A stretch of 64,000 nucleotides of DNA, taken from sequence record NC_048792.1. The stretch is one strand, 5' to 3'. Below the pieces are notes generated by a model, which saw only the letters and a list, made by a program, of their open reading frames with translations, made no database searches and was not told where the DNA came from. Position numbers and translations under genes: made by a program. Shown here in pieces: positions 26,936 through 36,895 of the stretch (its first letter is position 1; the number at the start of each line of letters is the position of its first letter).

Positions 26936-27334
26936 ATGTACAGCGAATTGTCTCGTCGTAATGAAGATGTTATCGAATCGAAAATGTCAGAGCCTCGTCA
27001 AAAGCGAATGGAAGTAGTCGGTTACAAAATGGAAGTTACCTCCATGTATTCCGGTAACCAGGTTTTCCCAGGTGATCGGTTGTTTGAACTGAAGGCTACG
27101 CACGGCGTTCCTTTAGAGATTTCGGTCGCGGCTATCCTTAATAAAGGAAAGGTTATCGACTGGGGTCAATTCATTGAGCAAGCTCGTCGTAATAAGTTCT
27201 GGGATTTCCAAATCCTGGACATGATTACTAACGCGGTCCAAGATGCTGGGACAGACCCAGACTATATCGCAGGTGTTGTAGAAAGAACCAAATTCTACAT
27301 GCTGAAAAATCCACTTCTGAATAAAAGTAAGTAG
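26936..27334 (+). CDS. Hypothetical protein with an AlaRS-like G..LF.L..THG.PLEI motif
   Basis: SD AGGAGG; FPGDRLFELKATHGVPLEI...VIDW..F. Confidence 0.75.
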   Translation: MYSELSRRNEDVIESKMSEPRQKRMEVVGYKMEVTSMYSGNQVFPGDRLFELKATHGVPLEISVAAILNKGKVIDWGQFIEQARRNKFWDFQILDMITNAVQDAGTDPDYIAGVVERTKFYMLKNPLLNKSK

Positions 27335-27340
27335 GTGATC

Positions 27341-28072
27341 ATGGGTGCAGTATTCGACATTAGTTTCAATCAAGATACCGTTGTTCAAGGTATTAAAATT
27401 AATAAGGGTTACGACCAAGTTCGCCATGACTTAGGTTGCGGTTTGATTACCCTAGATGCCACTGGTAAAATAACCGGCGGTTACGGTGAGGGAGTCACTG
27501 AGGAAACCCTGGCTAAAATGACCGGTGTCCTCGATTGTACCGATCGTCAGTATTTCTTCTACAAGGGTCAATTGTTGTTCCCGCAAGCAATTGTCTCTTC
27601 TGAGTTCTCTAACCTATTCACTACGTTTTACAGAGACTTCGGGCCGTGTGAACACGATGGTAAAATCATCACTATGTCTGAAGACGGTACTGAGTATTTC
27701 CTCAGCGCATTGAACCACTACCGTAAAGCCTTGAGTACCGACTATAAAGTGAAAGGTACATTCGACCTTTACTTCCAAAAAGATAACCCGTACTTCAACA
27801 CCGGGTTCTTTGGTCGTGCCCCTATCGAAGAGTATTTAGAAGATCTCGATAAGTTAAGGGAGTACTACCAGACCGGCACCGAGTGTTGGCGTATCGGTAC
27901 AGTCGTTAAAGAACACACCGTTGAAGAGATGTTTGAGTTGCTTCGCCAGAAGTGGGGCGACGCTGATGTCAACACGACTAAAGTCAAAGCGATTGGCGGC
28001 GGGTTCTGGGAACTCATGCGTTCGGAAGGTATTCCGGAATTCTCGTTTGATGGCGAAATTAAAATCTATTGA
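27341..28072 (+). CDS. Hypothetical protein
   Basis: ATG after AGGTGA. Confidence 0.8.
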   Translation: MGAVFDISFNQDTVVQGIKINKGYDQVRHDLGCGLITLDATGKITGGYGEGVTEETLAKMTGVLDCTDRQYFFYKGQLLFPQAIVSSEFSNLFTTFYRDFGPCEHDGKIITMSEDGTEYFLSALNHYRKALSTDYKVKGTFDLYFQKDNPYFNTGFFGRAPIEEYLEDLDKLREYYQTGTECWRIGTVVKEHTVEEMFELLRQKWGDADVNTTKVKAIGGGFWELMRSEGIPEFSFDGEIKIY

Positions 28073-28079
28073 GGTAATC

Positions 28080-28256
28080 ATGAAACCAGGTAACTTAGGT
28101 AAAACTCCTGTAACTGGGACTCACGGGTATGTTGTAGATTCATCTTTCTATCCATCTAACCAACCTTGCGTTCGCCGTAAAGTTACCATGAAGCGTAGTC
28201 GCGTGGCGACGGCAGTTGGCATGGAAGTTTGGGTATTCGGGAGAGGGATACAGTGA
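28080..28256 (+). CDS. Small hypothetical protein (58 aa)
   Basis: SD GAGG; 3' part of ORF-track 27921..28256. Confidence 0.6.
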   Translation: MKPGNLGKTPVTGTHGYVVDSSFYPSNQPCVRRKVTMKRSRVATAVGMEVWVFGRGIQ

Positions 28257-28882
28257 ATAAAACTCACGACGAAGCTACCTGCTTCAAGAAGATCAAGGAC
28301 GGTGTTTATATCGTCCACTGTAAGGACGGGTTAGTCGATGCCATGAAAGACTTCTCTGGTGAAGCGGGTTATCGTGCTTTGTCCATGGAGAAATACGACG
28401 TACCTGATACGTACCCGTCGTTAGTTACTCTTTCCGTTGTCTACTACGGTAACCACGCTTATAAGGTTCAATTTTTGTCCTTGAGCGAAATCAATAGCGC
28501 CGTGGCTGAAATGGAACCTAAGGAGCAAAAGACTTACACGTTAACTATCGGCGTGGAAGTAAAGGGAGGGTCTACCCGGATCTCTAAATCTTTTACTCTA
28601 TCAGACAAGGTAGTACTGAGCGCCTCGGCTATTTATCTTAAGGTACTCGATGATATCTCAAATGATCGCACTATTACGGATGGTGAGTTAGGACTTATTA
28701 GTCAACCCATTCGTACCATGGCGATTAACATTGCAAGGAACGGGATATCCAGTAGTCCCGAATCGGCATCTACTGAAACGGTAAATCTGATTTATTTCAT
28801 AACCGCTGATCGTAAACTAACCGACGAGCAGGCGAGTGCTTTAAAAGAACTAAACAACCTCTTCGATATAACCGGCAACTAA
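28253..28882 (+). CDS. Hypothetical protein
   Basis: GTG start after GAGAGGGA, overlapping the previous stop. Confidence 0.7.
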   Translation: MNKTHDEATCFKKIKDGVYIVHCKDGLVDAMKDFSGEAGYRALSMEKYDVPDTYPSLVTLSVVYYGNHAYKVQFLSLSEINSAVAEMEPKEQKTYTLTIGVEVKGGSTRISKSFTLSDKVVLSASAIYLKVLDDISNDRTITDGELGLISQPIRTMAINIARNGISSSPESASTETVNLIYFITADRKLTDEQASALKELNNLFDITGN

Positions 28883-28896
28883 AAAGGAACGTAACA

Positions 28897-29763
28897 GTGA
28901 AATACAGAATCGATACCAATATCCACAACCCAGCCCAACCAATTTCCATCATCGTGGATCATGGCGATAAGGACTGGCGCAAGAAGGCTTTCATTACCCT
29001 GGTGGAAAAATACGAACAACAGGACGTAGACGTCAGGGATGCAATTAACCCGATTCTCACAATGTGCGAAGACGGAAATATATGTACTGGCCACATTGCT
29101 TTTGCACCAAGTGGATGGAACATGGCGTACACGATCACTCGTCTCTTGGGTGAAGAAGGTTGGAACAATCTGCTCTACGCCATCTCAGATGAACCTGAAC
29201 CAACTGATGAACTAACCGAACTTATGAGCAGCCCTCGTCGCTACGTTAGACACGATCCTAAAGTAGTAACTATCGAAATTACTGGTCAAGCACGGGCCGG
29301 TAAAACATCAGTCGCTGCTATCTTGTATCGCTTACTGGAAAGCGCCGGGGTTTCAACTACCCTGCAGTCCGATGACCTGTCAGTTGTCAGTGAAACACCA
29401 GACATCATGGCAGCTGTAGCTCGTCTGAAGGCGACTGGGTCTAAGGTAGTGATCAAAGACTTACCGAGTACTGGCGATGCTCTTAAGATGGTCTATACTG
29501 TTCCTGAGCTGATTCAAATGCTTCGTGAACTTGAAGGTGGCTCCAGTCTACTGATCCGTGTAGCTGAGAACGGCACCCTCTATCGTGAAGAGTACGAATA
29601 TACCCCGGTGGAAACGTTCAATGCGCTTCTCGACCTGTCGCTGATCGGTTACGTCGGTAACCCGCACCATGGTTCCGTTGAACTCACTTCACTGGGCCAA
29701 GTTGTATTCGATCAGTACACCGCGTTTATCGCTGATGAAGTAGGCGAACCTGTTAACGAGTGA
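28897..29763 (+). CDS. Hypothetical protein with an internal P-loop (GQARAGKT)
   Basis: TIEITGQARAGKTSVAAIL, a kinase-like Walker A. Confidence 0.7.
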   Translation: MKYRIDTNIHNPAQPISIIVDHGDKDWRKKAFITLVEKYEQQDVDVRDAINPILTMCEDGNICTGHIAFAPSGWNMAYTITRLLGEEGWNNLLYAISDEPEPTDELTELMSSPRRYVRHDPKVVTIEITGQARAGKTSVAAILYRLLESAGVSTTLQSDDLSVVSETPDIMAAVARLKATGSKVVIKDLPSTGDALKMVYTVPELIQMLRELEGGSSLLIRVAENGTLYREEYEYTPVETFNALLDLSLIGYVGNPHHGSVELTSLGQVVFDQYTAFIADEVGEPVNE

Positions 29764-29773
29764 GTGAGGTACC

Positions 29774-30364
29774 ATGATACTTTCAATAGATCCGAGATTG
29801 AGTTCGGACGGGATGATGGGACAACTCCTCAGTTTTTCAGCCGGACTCACCATTACTATCGACGACGTTGACTTAAGCGATCCTGTACCTATCCCGGTAG
29901 AAGCCAATGGGGCCAATACCTCCATAGATATCATTCGGTTACCTGGTTCGAAGAACATCAAACCAGGCGGTCCTCAGAGGGTAACGCGTAAGTACAGAAG
30001 GGTAGACATAAACCATTTCTGTAAGGATCTGCACGCAGCCACTTCAAACACCTTCGGTAGCATTTACCCTAGTGTCGCCAACTTCAATAAGTATTTTGAA
30101 ACGTTGTTGGATCCAAACGATTTGAAGTTTAAAGTTGAGTACAACGACGACAGAACTGAGCGTTTAGTTACCGCTACTGTAAGAAGCGGTCATTATGGAT
30201 TCTTCGGCGAAGTTACATTCACCCATAGCGCGGATAATCCCGGTAAGATTAAACTGTCCGATGCGTTCGGAAAAGATGAAGAATTACCGGGGTTCACTGG
30301 AGCGGTGTACAAGAAGGCTTTGAACCAAACGTTCTTCCCTGGTATGACTGATACAGGTAAGTGA
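29774..30364 (+). CDS. Putative virion protein, stand-alone phiKZ-like tail module
   Basis: GANTSIDI...KYRRVDINHF...NFNKYFETLLDPND resembles the N-terminus of 12309 and 14371. Confidence 0.6.
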   Translation: MILSIDPRLSSDGMMGQLLSFSAGLTITIDDVDLSDPVPIPVEANGANTSIDIIRLPGSKNIKPGGPQRVTRKYRRVDINHFCKDLHAATSNTFGSIYPSVANFNKYFETLLDPNDLKFKVEYNDDRTERLVTATVRSGHYGFFGEVTFTHSADNPGKIKLSDAFGKDEELPGFTGAVYKKALNQTFFPGMTDTGK

Positions 30365-30367
30365 CAT

Positions 30368-30398
30368 AGAGTGTACTCCCACCGAGGGAGTACACTCT
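30368..30398. terminator. Bidirectional terminator between convergent genes
   Basis: AGAGTGTACTCCC-ACCGA-GGGAGTACACTCT. Confidence 0.8.
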
Positions 30399-30423
30399 TT
30401 ATGTTCTTCTATACTTTTTATTT

Positions 30424-30918
30424 TTAGTGTCCCGGATGAGCCGTAGGATCTGGGTCATTGAAACCGCGGAGATAATCTCCGTAGAAAGTTTCTTCCAATG
30501 TATCGATCTCATTACTGATATTCATCACAGCTGTGCCATTCAGACAGTAGTGACCCTCTTTAACGCGGAACTCTGCTTGGATCAGACGTTCAGTGTCACG
30601 ACGAGTCATCGTAATATCGTTGGCTGTAATTCTGACATTACAGATAGACAAGAACTTACGAATCAAGTTGATATCATCGATATACTTGGAGTTACTGTCA
30701 GTGAAGTTCAATACACCTGTCGCGGCATGAATTGCCTTAGTCAAATTGATCCTGTTATAAGTGAGTTTCACCGGTTCGCTAGTAGGATCGAATACTTCAG
30801 TAGGGTCACCAAACGTAACGTCAGATTCGCTTACCTTAGCACGAGGTATTTTTAAACTCTCGTTAAGTAAATCGTAAAACTGACTTTTTGCATCTTTGTT
30901 TGGGTTGTATTTCAACAT
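30424..30918 (-). CDS. Putative virion protein, stand-alone phiKZ-like tail module
   Basis: FYDLLNESL...DVTFGDP...LTYNRINL; TATGA upstream. Confidence 0.65.
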   Translation of the reverse strand: MLKYNPNKDAKSQFYDLLNESLKIPRAKVSESDVTFGDPTEVFDPTSEPVKLTYNRINLTKAIHAATGVLNFTDSNSKYIDDINLIRKFLSICNVRITANDITMTRRDTERLIQAEFRVKEGHYCLNGTAVMNISNEIDTLEETFYGDYLRGFNDPDPTAHPGH

Positions 30919-30946
30919 GGCTAACCCTTCGGTTTAAGATAAGTCA

Positions 30947-30951
30947 TCATA
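30947..30951 (-). promoter_or_regulatory. Putative late promoter core (TATGA)
   Basis: Minus strand reads GTTCTATGAT. Confidence 0.5.
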
Positions 30952-31034
30952 GAACAGGTCGGAGTCGGATTATTTTTTACGGGTCTAATGGTAGTATGAA
31001 GCTAACCATCAAACCGTTAGTCGTGGGGAAAATA

Positions 31035-31060
31035 GTTGGAGTGGTTAACCCCACTCCAAC
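31035..31060. terminator. Hairpin between divergent promoters
   Basis: GTTGGAGTGG-TTAACC-CCACTCCAAC. Confidence 0.55.
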
Positions 31061-31071
31061 CTATTTAACGT

Positions 31072-31090
31072 CTATATTACCTTTTTGAAT
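31072..31090 (+). promoter_or_regulatory. Early promoter motif
   Basis: CTATAT-TAC-CTTTT-TGAAT. Confidence 0.75.
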
Positions 31091-31125
31091 AGCAGTTCAA
31101 ATTAACCTAAATAAGGAACACTAAA

Positions 31126-31632
31126 ATGACTACTCCAGAATCCCGTAAAGAAGCTTTGAAACATTTCATTCAATCCCCAGCTACCGCTGAAGCCATCAGT
31201 GAATTCCGTCGCGATGAAGATCGTAAGGTTAGGAAGTTTATCGAAACCGTTATGGGTGATGTGGAACGTGCGATGGGTGTAATGTTTACTGACCTGGCTT
31301 CGATCTCTGCCACAGCCTGCTTGGCTGACAAATGGGCGGTTCACTCCAACCAAGGTGACGAATCCTATTTCAGCTACAAAGCAGAAGTGGCGGGCTACAC
31401 CGTCATCGGTACTATTGAAGTTAACTCTACAGTTACCTTCAGAATCAAATACAACGAAGAAGATTACGCCCGTATTACTTCCGGCGTATGTTTCTGCGCT
31501 ATGCATCGTACCGAAGTTATCAAGCAACTCGAAGCTCTCCTCACTCTGCATTATCCGGATATCGCAGTAATGGTAGATACGCCAAAGATCGACTTCACTA
31601 ACGAAGCCATGAACAAAACCATCCGTCAATAA
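31126..31632 (+). CDS. Hypothetical early protein
   Basis: SD TAAGGA. Confidence 0.8.
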   Translation: MTTPESRKEALKHFIQSPATAEAISEFRRDEDRKVRKFIETVMGDVERAMGVMFTDLASISATACLADKWAVHSNQGDESYFSYKAEVAGYTVIGTIEVNSTVTFRIKYNEEDYARITSGVCFCAMHRTEVIKQLEALLTLHYPDIAVMVDTPKIDFTNEAMNKTIRQ

Positions 31633-31647
31633 TTCTAAGGAGAAGCC

Positions 31648-32088
31648 ATGACCCTTTTAGCGCGCTACATTAAAGCTAATGAACCGGCACCTATAGTAGA
31701 TAAAGATGAGGAGTTCATCGAGAAGGTAAAACTAAACGCCTCGCTGGTAGTTATTGGGTACGTAACTGATATCTACGAGTCGGCCAAGAAACTCATCGAT
31801 GAGAAGTCTAATCCGCTTTATTGGACAATGTCCGTCAATGAGGAGAAAAACGAACTCACGGCTAAGAGCCGTAATACCTTCAAGCGCGAAGGTATTACTT
31901 TCGATGTTGAGATAATTATCGTATCTCAACCCGATAAAGAAAGTCTCACTGTCAGGTACGGATTTGATGATGAGAAAGTCAAATACATCGTTCAATACTA
32001 CAGCGCTGACATAGAGTCGTTGATTGAATCGACCTTGGCGATGTCGAACTATAATTTCGGTAACGTGGAAATCGAGTTCCCTTATTAA
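31648..32088 (+). CDS. Hypothetical protein
   Basis: SD TAAGGAG. Confidence 0.8.
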   Translation: MTLLARYIKANEPAPIVDKDEEFIEKVKLNASLVVIGYVTDIYESAKKLIDEKSNPLYWTMSVNEEKNELTAKSRNTFKREGITFDVEIIIVSQPDKESLTVRYGFDDEKVKYIVQYYSADIESLIESTLAMSNYNFGNVEIEFPY

Positions 32089-32105
32089 AGGTGGAGGATA
32101 ATAGC

Positions 32106-32501
32106 ATGGGTTTAGATATTGATTTCTGTAAAGTACCAAAGAGCGCAGTTAATCCCAAAGTCGTGGAAGTACACGAGCGTTTCGGTGCGCTCAGTGAAAA
32201 TGGCTGTAGTTACATGATAGATTACCCTCGTTTGTCCGATAACCCGGAGAAAGAAGAGGTTCATTATTACCGCAAGTGGCACGACGTTAGAAATACCATG
32301 GCGGGGTTGTTTGATGCTACCAACCAATGCGACTACTATTTATTGACTAAGGAAGATGTCGCACTACTACTTGAGAACGTTGAGAATAGCGATGACTGGC
32401 TGCTTGAATCTGAGCGAGTTGAATTTATCGCCATGATCAAGTCTAAGCTCATCGACTTCCCATTCGATACTCATTATCTGACATACTCCTGGATTTCTTG
32501 A
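32106..32501 (+). CDS. Conserved phage hypothetical protein (MGLD...YYRKW...LTKED family)
   Basis: SD GGAGG; recurrent phage motif. Confidence 0.75.
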   Translation: MGLDIDFCKVPKSAVNPKVVEVHERFGALSENGCSYMIDYPRLSDNPEKEEVHYYRKWHDVRNTMAGLFDATNQCDYYLLTKEDVALLLENVENSDDWLLESERVEFIAMIKSKLIDFPFDTHYLTYSWIS

Positions 32502-32530
32502 TTTAATCGTAAATAGGCAAAGGTCTTAAA

Positions 32531-32815
32531 ATGGCAAGGTCAGTTCTCTTTATCGCAATCCCGGTTATCATTGTCACCGCTGTTGGTTATTACCAAAACC
32601 TCACTGCAAACGCCAAGATCACATCGGAGATCGAATCGATGGGATACAAAGGCATTAACTTGATGCGGCGTACCATGGACTGCTCAAGAGGTTATAGCGG
32701 GGAGATCTTCACCGGGACTAGCGAAAAGAATGAACGTGTCTATGCAGCTTTCTGCACAGCAGATAACCAACCTCCGTTCATCGAGGTGATTCGTAACTCT
32801 GGAGAAATAAAGTGA
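32531..32815 (+). CDS. Membrane-anchored small protein
   Basis: N-terminal TM; two Cys. Confidence 0.7.
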   Translation: MARSVLFIAIPVIIVTAVGYYQNLTANAKITSEIESMGYKGINLMRRTMDCSRGYSGEIFTGTSEKNERVYAAFCTADNQPPFIEVIRNSGEIK

Positions 32816-33492
32816 AAACCGTAGAGAAGAAGATTCGATCAGAGCTTCAAATTGCAAACTACGAGCGTTACTTCGGTGACCATTCCGTAGAACACGCACG
32901 TAAGGTCGCAGAGCTGGCTACTCAGTTGGCCGAATTCCGCTGGACTGGACATTGTCCGGAGCGCGTAGTTTCTCAATATCGTTCGTCTGATTATTGGGAG
33001 CGTCTGCTGGACATCAACTACAAAACGTATTGTCGTCTGGTTTCCAGTGACCATTACAAATTCATCATGGACTATCTGTTCAAGATGGAGAACGCAGCCG
33101 GGAACTATCGCGAAGCTACCAAAACGGCGATCAAAGTCTTCTACGCCATCTCCGGATATTCTCAGTTCGAAGACCTGACGGATGTCGAGAAAGCATCGAT
33201 TCCGTTCATTGTCAATATGGATATCTGGCGCCGGAACATCATTGCAAGCGATTTCAGTTTCTCCGCTGAGTCGGCTGAGTTCCTGGAAACGTTTGTAGAT
33301 CCCATCTACGTCGGGATGGATACGTTCCAGTTCGATGAAGACAACGACGATGAGTCGTGGGGTATCGCTAAGGTAACTACCGCTAAAGAGCTACTGGGCC
33401 TGATGGTTGCGGTTAGTCGTTTCATCCTCAAACAGGATGAGGCGGAAGCGCAGGAACTCAACGGTCACGGGTTCCCTGATCGCATTGGTTGA
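32812..33492 (+). CDS. Hypothetical protein
   Basis: GTGA-coupled; SD GGAG. Confidence 0.75.
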   Translation: MKTVEKKIRSELQIANYERYFGDHSVEHARKVAELATQLAEFRWTGHCPERVVSQYRSSDYWERLLDINYKTYCRLVSSDHYKFIMDYLFKMENAAGNYREATKTAIKVFYAISGYSQFEDLTDVEKASIPFIVNMDIWRRNIIASDFSFSAESAEFLETFVDPIYVGMDTFQFDEDNDDESWGIAKVTTAKELLGLMVAVSRFILKQDEAEAQELNGHGFPDRIG

Positions 33493-33506
33493 TTAAAACG
33501 TCATAG

Positions 33507-33529
33507 CCCAGGGGAGTTAATCCCCTGGG
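33507..33529 (+). terminator. Intrinsic terminator
   Basis: CCCAGGGGA-GTTAA-TCCCCTGGG. Confidence 0.7.
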
Positions 33530-33559
33530 AATTATTCACTTTGTTTAGTAAGGGACAAC

Positions 33560-34039
33560 ATGAACAGCAAGCTTTTGAATCCTGTAAAATCTGGACTATT
33601 AATCCTGATCTCCGCATTGGTCGTCAACTTCTTTAGTGAGGGAGACTCATTCTACAACTTCCTTAAAATAATCGCCCTTTATACAGTTCTGGAAATTGCC
33701 AGTCTGTATATCGGCGGCGCTATAAATAATAAAACCTTAGGTAACCCTAAGAAAGTTTACAGCAACAGTAAATATTACGTAGAGGCTAATAAAAGTCTCA
33801 ACCATTTCTTCCTGGTAGACAAAACGCCGTACAGCAACATTAACCGGACTATCATCGAAGTCTCTGAGGCGACTGAAGAAAGGCTCAATGATAAATCGCC
33901 GTTAATCAAAGCGTTCGTCATTGCAATCCTGGAATCTCAAAATTGGTCTATGAAGGATATTCTCGAAGCCGAGTTATTCATCGAGCAGTATCCTGAAGAA
34001 ATGAAATCAGCTCGTGACTTTGTAGAAACCATCGGCTAA
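33560..34039 (+). CDS. Membrane protein
   Basis: Two N-terminal hydrophobic helices. Confidence 0.75.
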   Translation: MNSKLLNPVKSGLLILISALVVNFFSEGDSFYNFLKIIALYTVLEIASLYIGGAINNKTLGNPKKVYSNSKYYVEANKSLNHFFLVDKTPYSNINRTIIEVSEATEERLNDKSPLIKAFVIAILESQNWSMKDILEAELFIEQYPEEMKSARDFVETIG

Positions 34040-34055
34040 TTAAAAGGAAAAGAAA

Positions 34056-34580
34056 ATGATCGTAAGCACGATTTTAGCACTGGACAAAAACATGTTGGTT
34101 GGTAAGGATGATACTTTACCGTGGAACGAACCTATCGACATGCAGTGGTTCAAACGCAAGACTCGGCACAAAGCCATTCTCATGGGCTACCGTACCTACA
34201 TGGGCATCGGTAAACCTTTACCTGGTCGTTTGAATCTGGTGATGGCCAGCAGCGAACCAGAAGTCCCTGGTGCCACGGTAGTACCTGACCTGTACGATGC
34301 TACTCAGGCCGCTAAGAAACACCACTACAACGAGCTGGTGATCTGTGGAGGCCCTAGTTTATACAACCGTTACATTCTCTCGGTAGATAAGATCTATCTG
34401 ACCGTATTAGAGAATGAGTACGAAGGTAATGTCTACCTGAAGAACGATGTCATCGCAGAACTCATGTCTATTAAGTCTAAAGAGACGCTGACTGAGTCGG
34501 GTTTTGTTTTGGAAGATATCCGCACCGTTGAAGGCGTTGGTCAATTCAAAATCTTTACACGTGTCCGTCGTCCGCTTTAA
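34056..34580 (+). CDS. folA: Dihydrofolate reductase
   Basis: LVGKDDTLPW...DMQWFKRKT...ILMGYRTY...KPLPGRLN...VICGGPSLY...IYLT. Confidence 0.95.
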   Translation: MIVSTILALDKNMLVGKDDTLPWNEPIDMQWFKRKTRHKAILMGYRTYMGIGKPLPGRLNLVMASSEPEVPGATVVPDLYDATQAAKKHHYNELVICGGPSLYNRYILSVDKIYLTVLENEYEGNVYLKNDVIAELMSIKSKETLTESGFVLEDIRTVEGVGQFKIFTRVRRPL

Positions 34581-34599
34581 ATAATCCCTGGAGAAAAGA

Positions 34600-34932
34600 A
34601 TGAAGGCAACAACCCGTACCTACGACCGGGATACGATCGAATATATCGATGCCCTGTTGTTCGAAGGTAAGAAAGGTACCCTGGTGCAACGCGACGGTAA
34701 GATGTACTTCTACTGCGACGACATGCGCTTGGACTGCGGTGAGGTAGAAAGGACTAAACCCGTTGCTAACGACTCAACGGAAAACCTACTCTTTACCACG
34801 GCACCGAATGAAGAGTATGGTAAGGAGTTCAAGGAAAATGGTGACTTCATCATTCTTCGTGAGAACACCCATTACGGTCTGGTATTCCGTGGCAAGAAAA
34901 TTCGCCCACTTAAATTTGCGGAGATGGCATGA
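34600..34932 (+). CDS. Hypothetical protein
   Basis: SD GGAG. Confidence 0.75.
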   Translation: MKATTRTYDRDTIEYIDALLFEGKKGTLVQRDGKMYFYCDDMRLDCGEVERTKPVANDSTENLLFTTAPNEEYGKEFKENGDFIILRENTHYGLVFRGKKIRPLKFAEMA

Positions 34933-35894
34933 TTAATTTCTTTAAGAAGTGGTTCGCTAAGAGCGAAGAAGCTCCAAAAGACACTACTTCTGAATCTAAG
35001 GTGTCAGCTGACGAAATCGTCAGTGCTGTTAAGATGATAGCCATTGTTGAAGACACCAATAAGGTTATCGACTATTGCGCAGATAAATTACTCTACGTCA
35101 TCACATCGAGTGACGAATTCTTCACTCGTACTTTGTCGGCAAATATTCTCCGTCTGCACAATGGGGTGATCAATATTGCCTACCGGAATACCCCGGTTGA
35201 TTTACACGGCTATAACGGTGCAAGGGAATGGCTGAATAATAACGGTCATGAGGTTAAGAGTATAGACCAAGTCTTTAGGGACAAAGTTGACCAACTTATG
35301 GCTGAGCGCGGTTATTACCCAACCCATGCTAAGCAGATATTCTCCCTTAACGTAAGTAGCTTGAATAACCCATACGCTACTGATTCTTTTGACCATCTCT
35401 GTATTGGGATGGAACGTAGCTACGTCAAGGATTCGGTCGACTTGACGCTAAAGGGATTCGACGACTACGCGCGCGACTTCGACGCAGCTAAGTCGTGGTT
35501 AGCTAAAAGCCATTTCGCTGATCGGTTTGCGCCAGTCTTAGAGCACTTACTGAAAGTTCAAGAAACCGCAGTAAATTCCCAAGAGCCGGTTAAAGAGAAC
35601 CCGCTCGGTCGCGACGGAATGATTACTGTCAGAAAGGACGAGAGATTAGAGGAGTTGGTGCTTAGTACCGGCCTGTCTTTAGGGGCAATCCGTTGTTCTA
35701 AGGATAAGGTTGAAATTCCGTTCCGGCTGGACGAAATGGATCATGAATTTATCTACCGTGTTCATGATCCTCGGGCAGTCGTCACCTTCCTTTGGGAAGC
35801 GCTAGATCCGTTGGTAACTAAGGGTAAGATGACGGTGTCTAATCGCAACTACTACGGTGACGATAGCGCTTACGTTATCGCTTTAACTATTTAA
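34929..35894 (+). CDS. Hypothetical protein (321 aa)
   Basis: ATGA-coupled. Confidence 0.8.
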   Translation: MINFFKKWFAKSEEAPKDTTSESKVSADEIVSAVKMIAIVEDTNKVIDYCADKLLYVITSSDEFFTRTLSANILRLHNGVINIAYRNTPVDLHGYNGAREWLNNNGHEVKSIDQVFRDKVDQLMAERGYYPTHAKQIFSLNVSSLNNPYATDSFDHLCIGMERSYVKDSVDLTLKGFDDYARDFDAAKSWLAKSHFADRFAPVLEHLLKVQETAVNSQEPVKENPLGRDGMITVRKDERLEELVLSTGLSLGAIRCSKDKVEIPFRLDEMDHEFIYRVHDPRAVVTFLWEALDPLVTKGKMTVSNRNYYGDDSAYVIALTI

Positions 35895-35901
35895 TTTAAC
35901 G

Positions 35902-35927
35902 CCTTCCTCTATTCAGATAGAGGAAGG
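35902..35927 (+). terminator. Hairpin/terminator
   Basis: CCTTCCTCTAT-TCAG-ATAGAGGAAGG. Confidence 0.65.
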
Positions 35928-35952
35928 TTCTATTCTGTCCTAGGAGATAACC

Positions 35953-36411
35953 GTGATTGCAACGTTAGTAGATATCCTCCGTACTTACGAAAAAGAAGTG
36001 AAGCGTTACATCACCCTGCACTTCTCTGCTAACCCAAACGATCTGATGTTTGGTTTTGGTAAGCTGTATCCGGGTAAAGGTCACTTCGTCTCTCTGGCAC
36101 GAGAGAACCCTAACATGATCATTGTCGATGGTCAGTTCCGTTGTGTCTGGATCGACAACGACGTCGACTTCGAAACACTCTTCCATGAGATTCGTGCTAC
36201 GGAATTGCCTGTCCACGTATTCGGTTCCGGTAGTGTAAGGATGCCTGAGGATTTAGGCCCTGAGCGCATGAACTACGGGTTCCCTGTAAAAATGGTATTC
36301 GTTGCGCATGTGGCGATTGAATACCTCCGTGGTCATGGGGTAATTGAGGCAGTCTTGGTGCGGGACATCCGTCAGCCTTCTCGCGTCTCTCAAACTTTCG
36401 AGATTGAATAA
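35953..36411 (+). CDS. Hypothetical protein
   Basis: SD AGGAG with GTG start. Confidence 0.75.
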   Translation: MIATLVDILRTYEKEVKRYITLHFSANPNDLMFGFGKLYPGKGHFVSLARENPNMIIVDGQFRCVWIDNDVDFETLFHEIRATELPVHVFGSGSVRMPEDLGPERMNYGFPVKMVFVAHVAIEYLRGHGVIEAVLVRDIRQPSRVSQTFEIE

Positions 36412-36797
36412 TGAGCGACAAAATCGTTCGGGTCTATTCTGGGTCACTTACCCCGGCCCTCAGCGCAGTCCTGTTGGAATATAACACCAACCAAAGCGCT
36501 ATCCTTCAAGCAGCTAATAAACCTGGTGAGTTCATCTTGGGGAAAAGCGGTTTCCATTTCCTCATGGTAGACGATACCGTTGGAACGGAACGAATGAAGT
36601 TTCTTTCCGATCGAAATAACTACCCAGATGCCACCGTTGTCATTAGTTGTATTTCTACGAAATTCAGCGACCTGGTCGCACTAGGTTACATTAGTTCATC
36701 CCACATGACTATAGATGTTATTGATGGTGAACTCTGGGCTACTGTTAACCGTAGTAAGTATTTATCATTGGGGACTACGATACGCATATGTTATTGA
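36411..36797 (+). CDS. Hypothetical protein
   Basis: TAATG-coupled. Confidence 0.7.
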   Translation: MSDKIVRVYSGSLTPALSAVLLEYNTNQSAILQAANKPGEFILGKSGFHFLMVDDTVGTERMKFLSDRNNYPDATVVISCISTKFSDLVALGYISSSHMTIDVIDGELWATVNRSKYLSLGTTIRICY

Positions 36798-36895
36798 TCG
36801 ACGAACCTGAAGACCGTGGAGCATTTCAGCAGGAAGACCCCTCTGACTTCACTGGCAACCAACCTGTAAACTCTTAATTAAAAGGTAGACTACAA

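Noticed and set aside
36788-36877. 29-codon acidic ORF (MLLIDEPEDRG...)
   Set aside because: Poorly spaced SD and overlap with the previous stop; insufficient support
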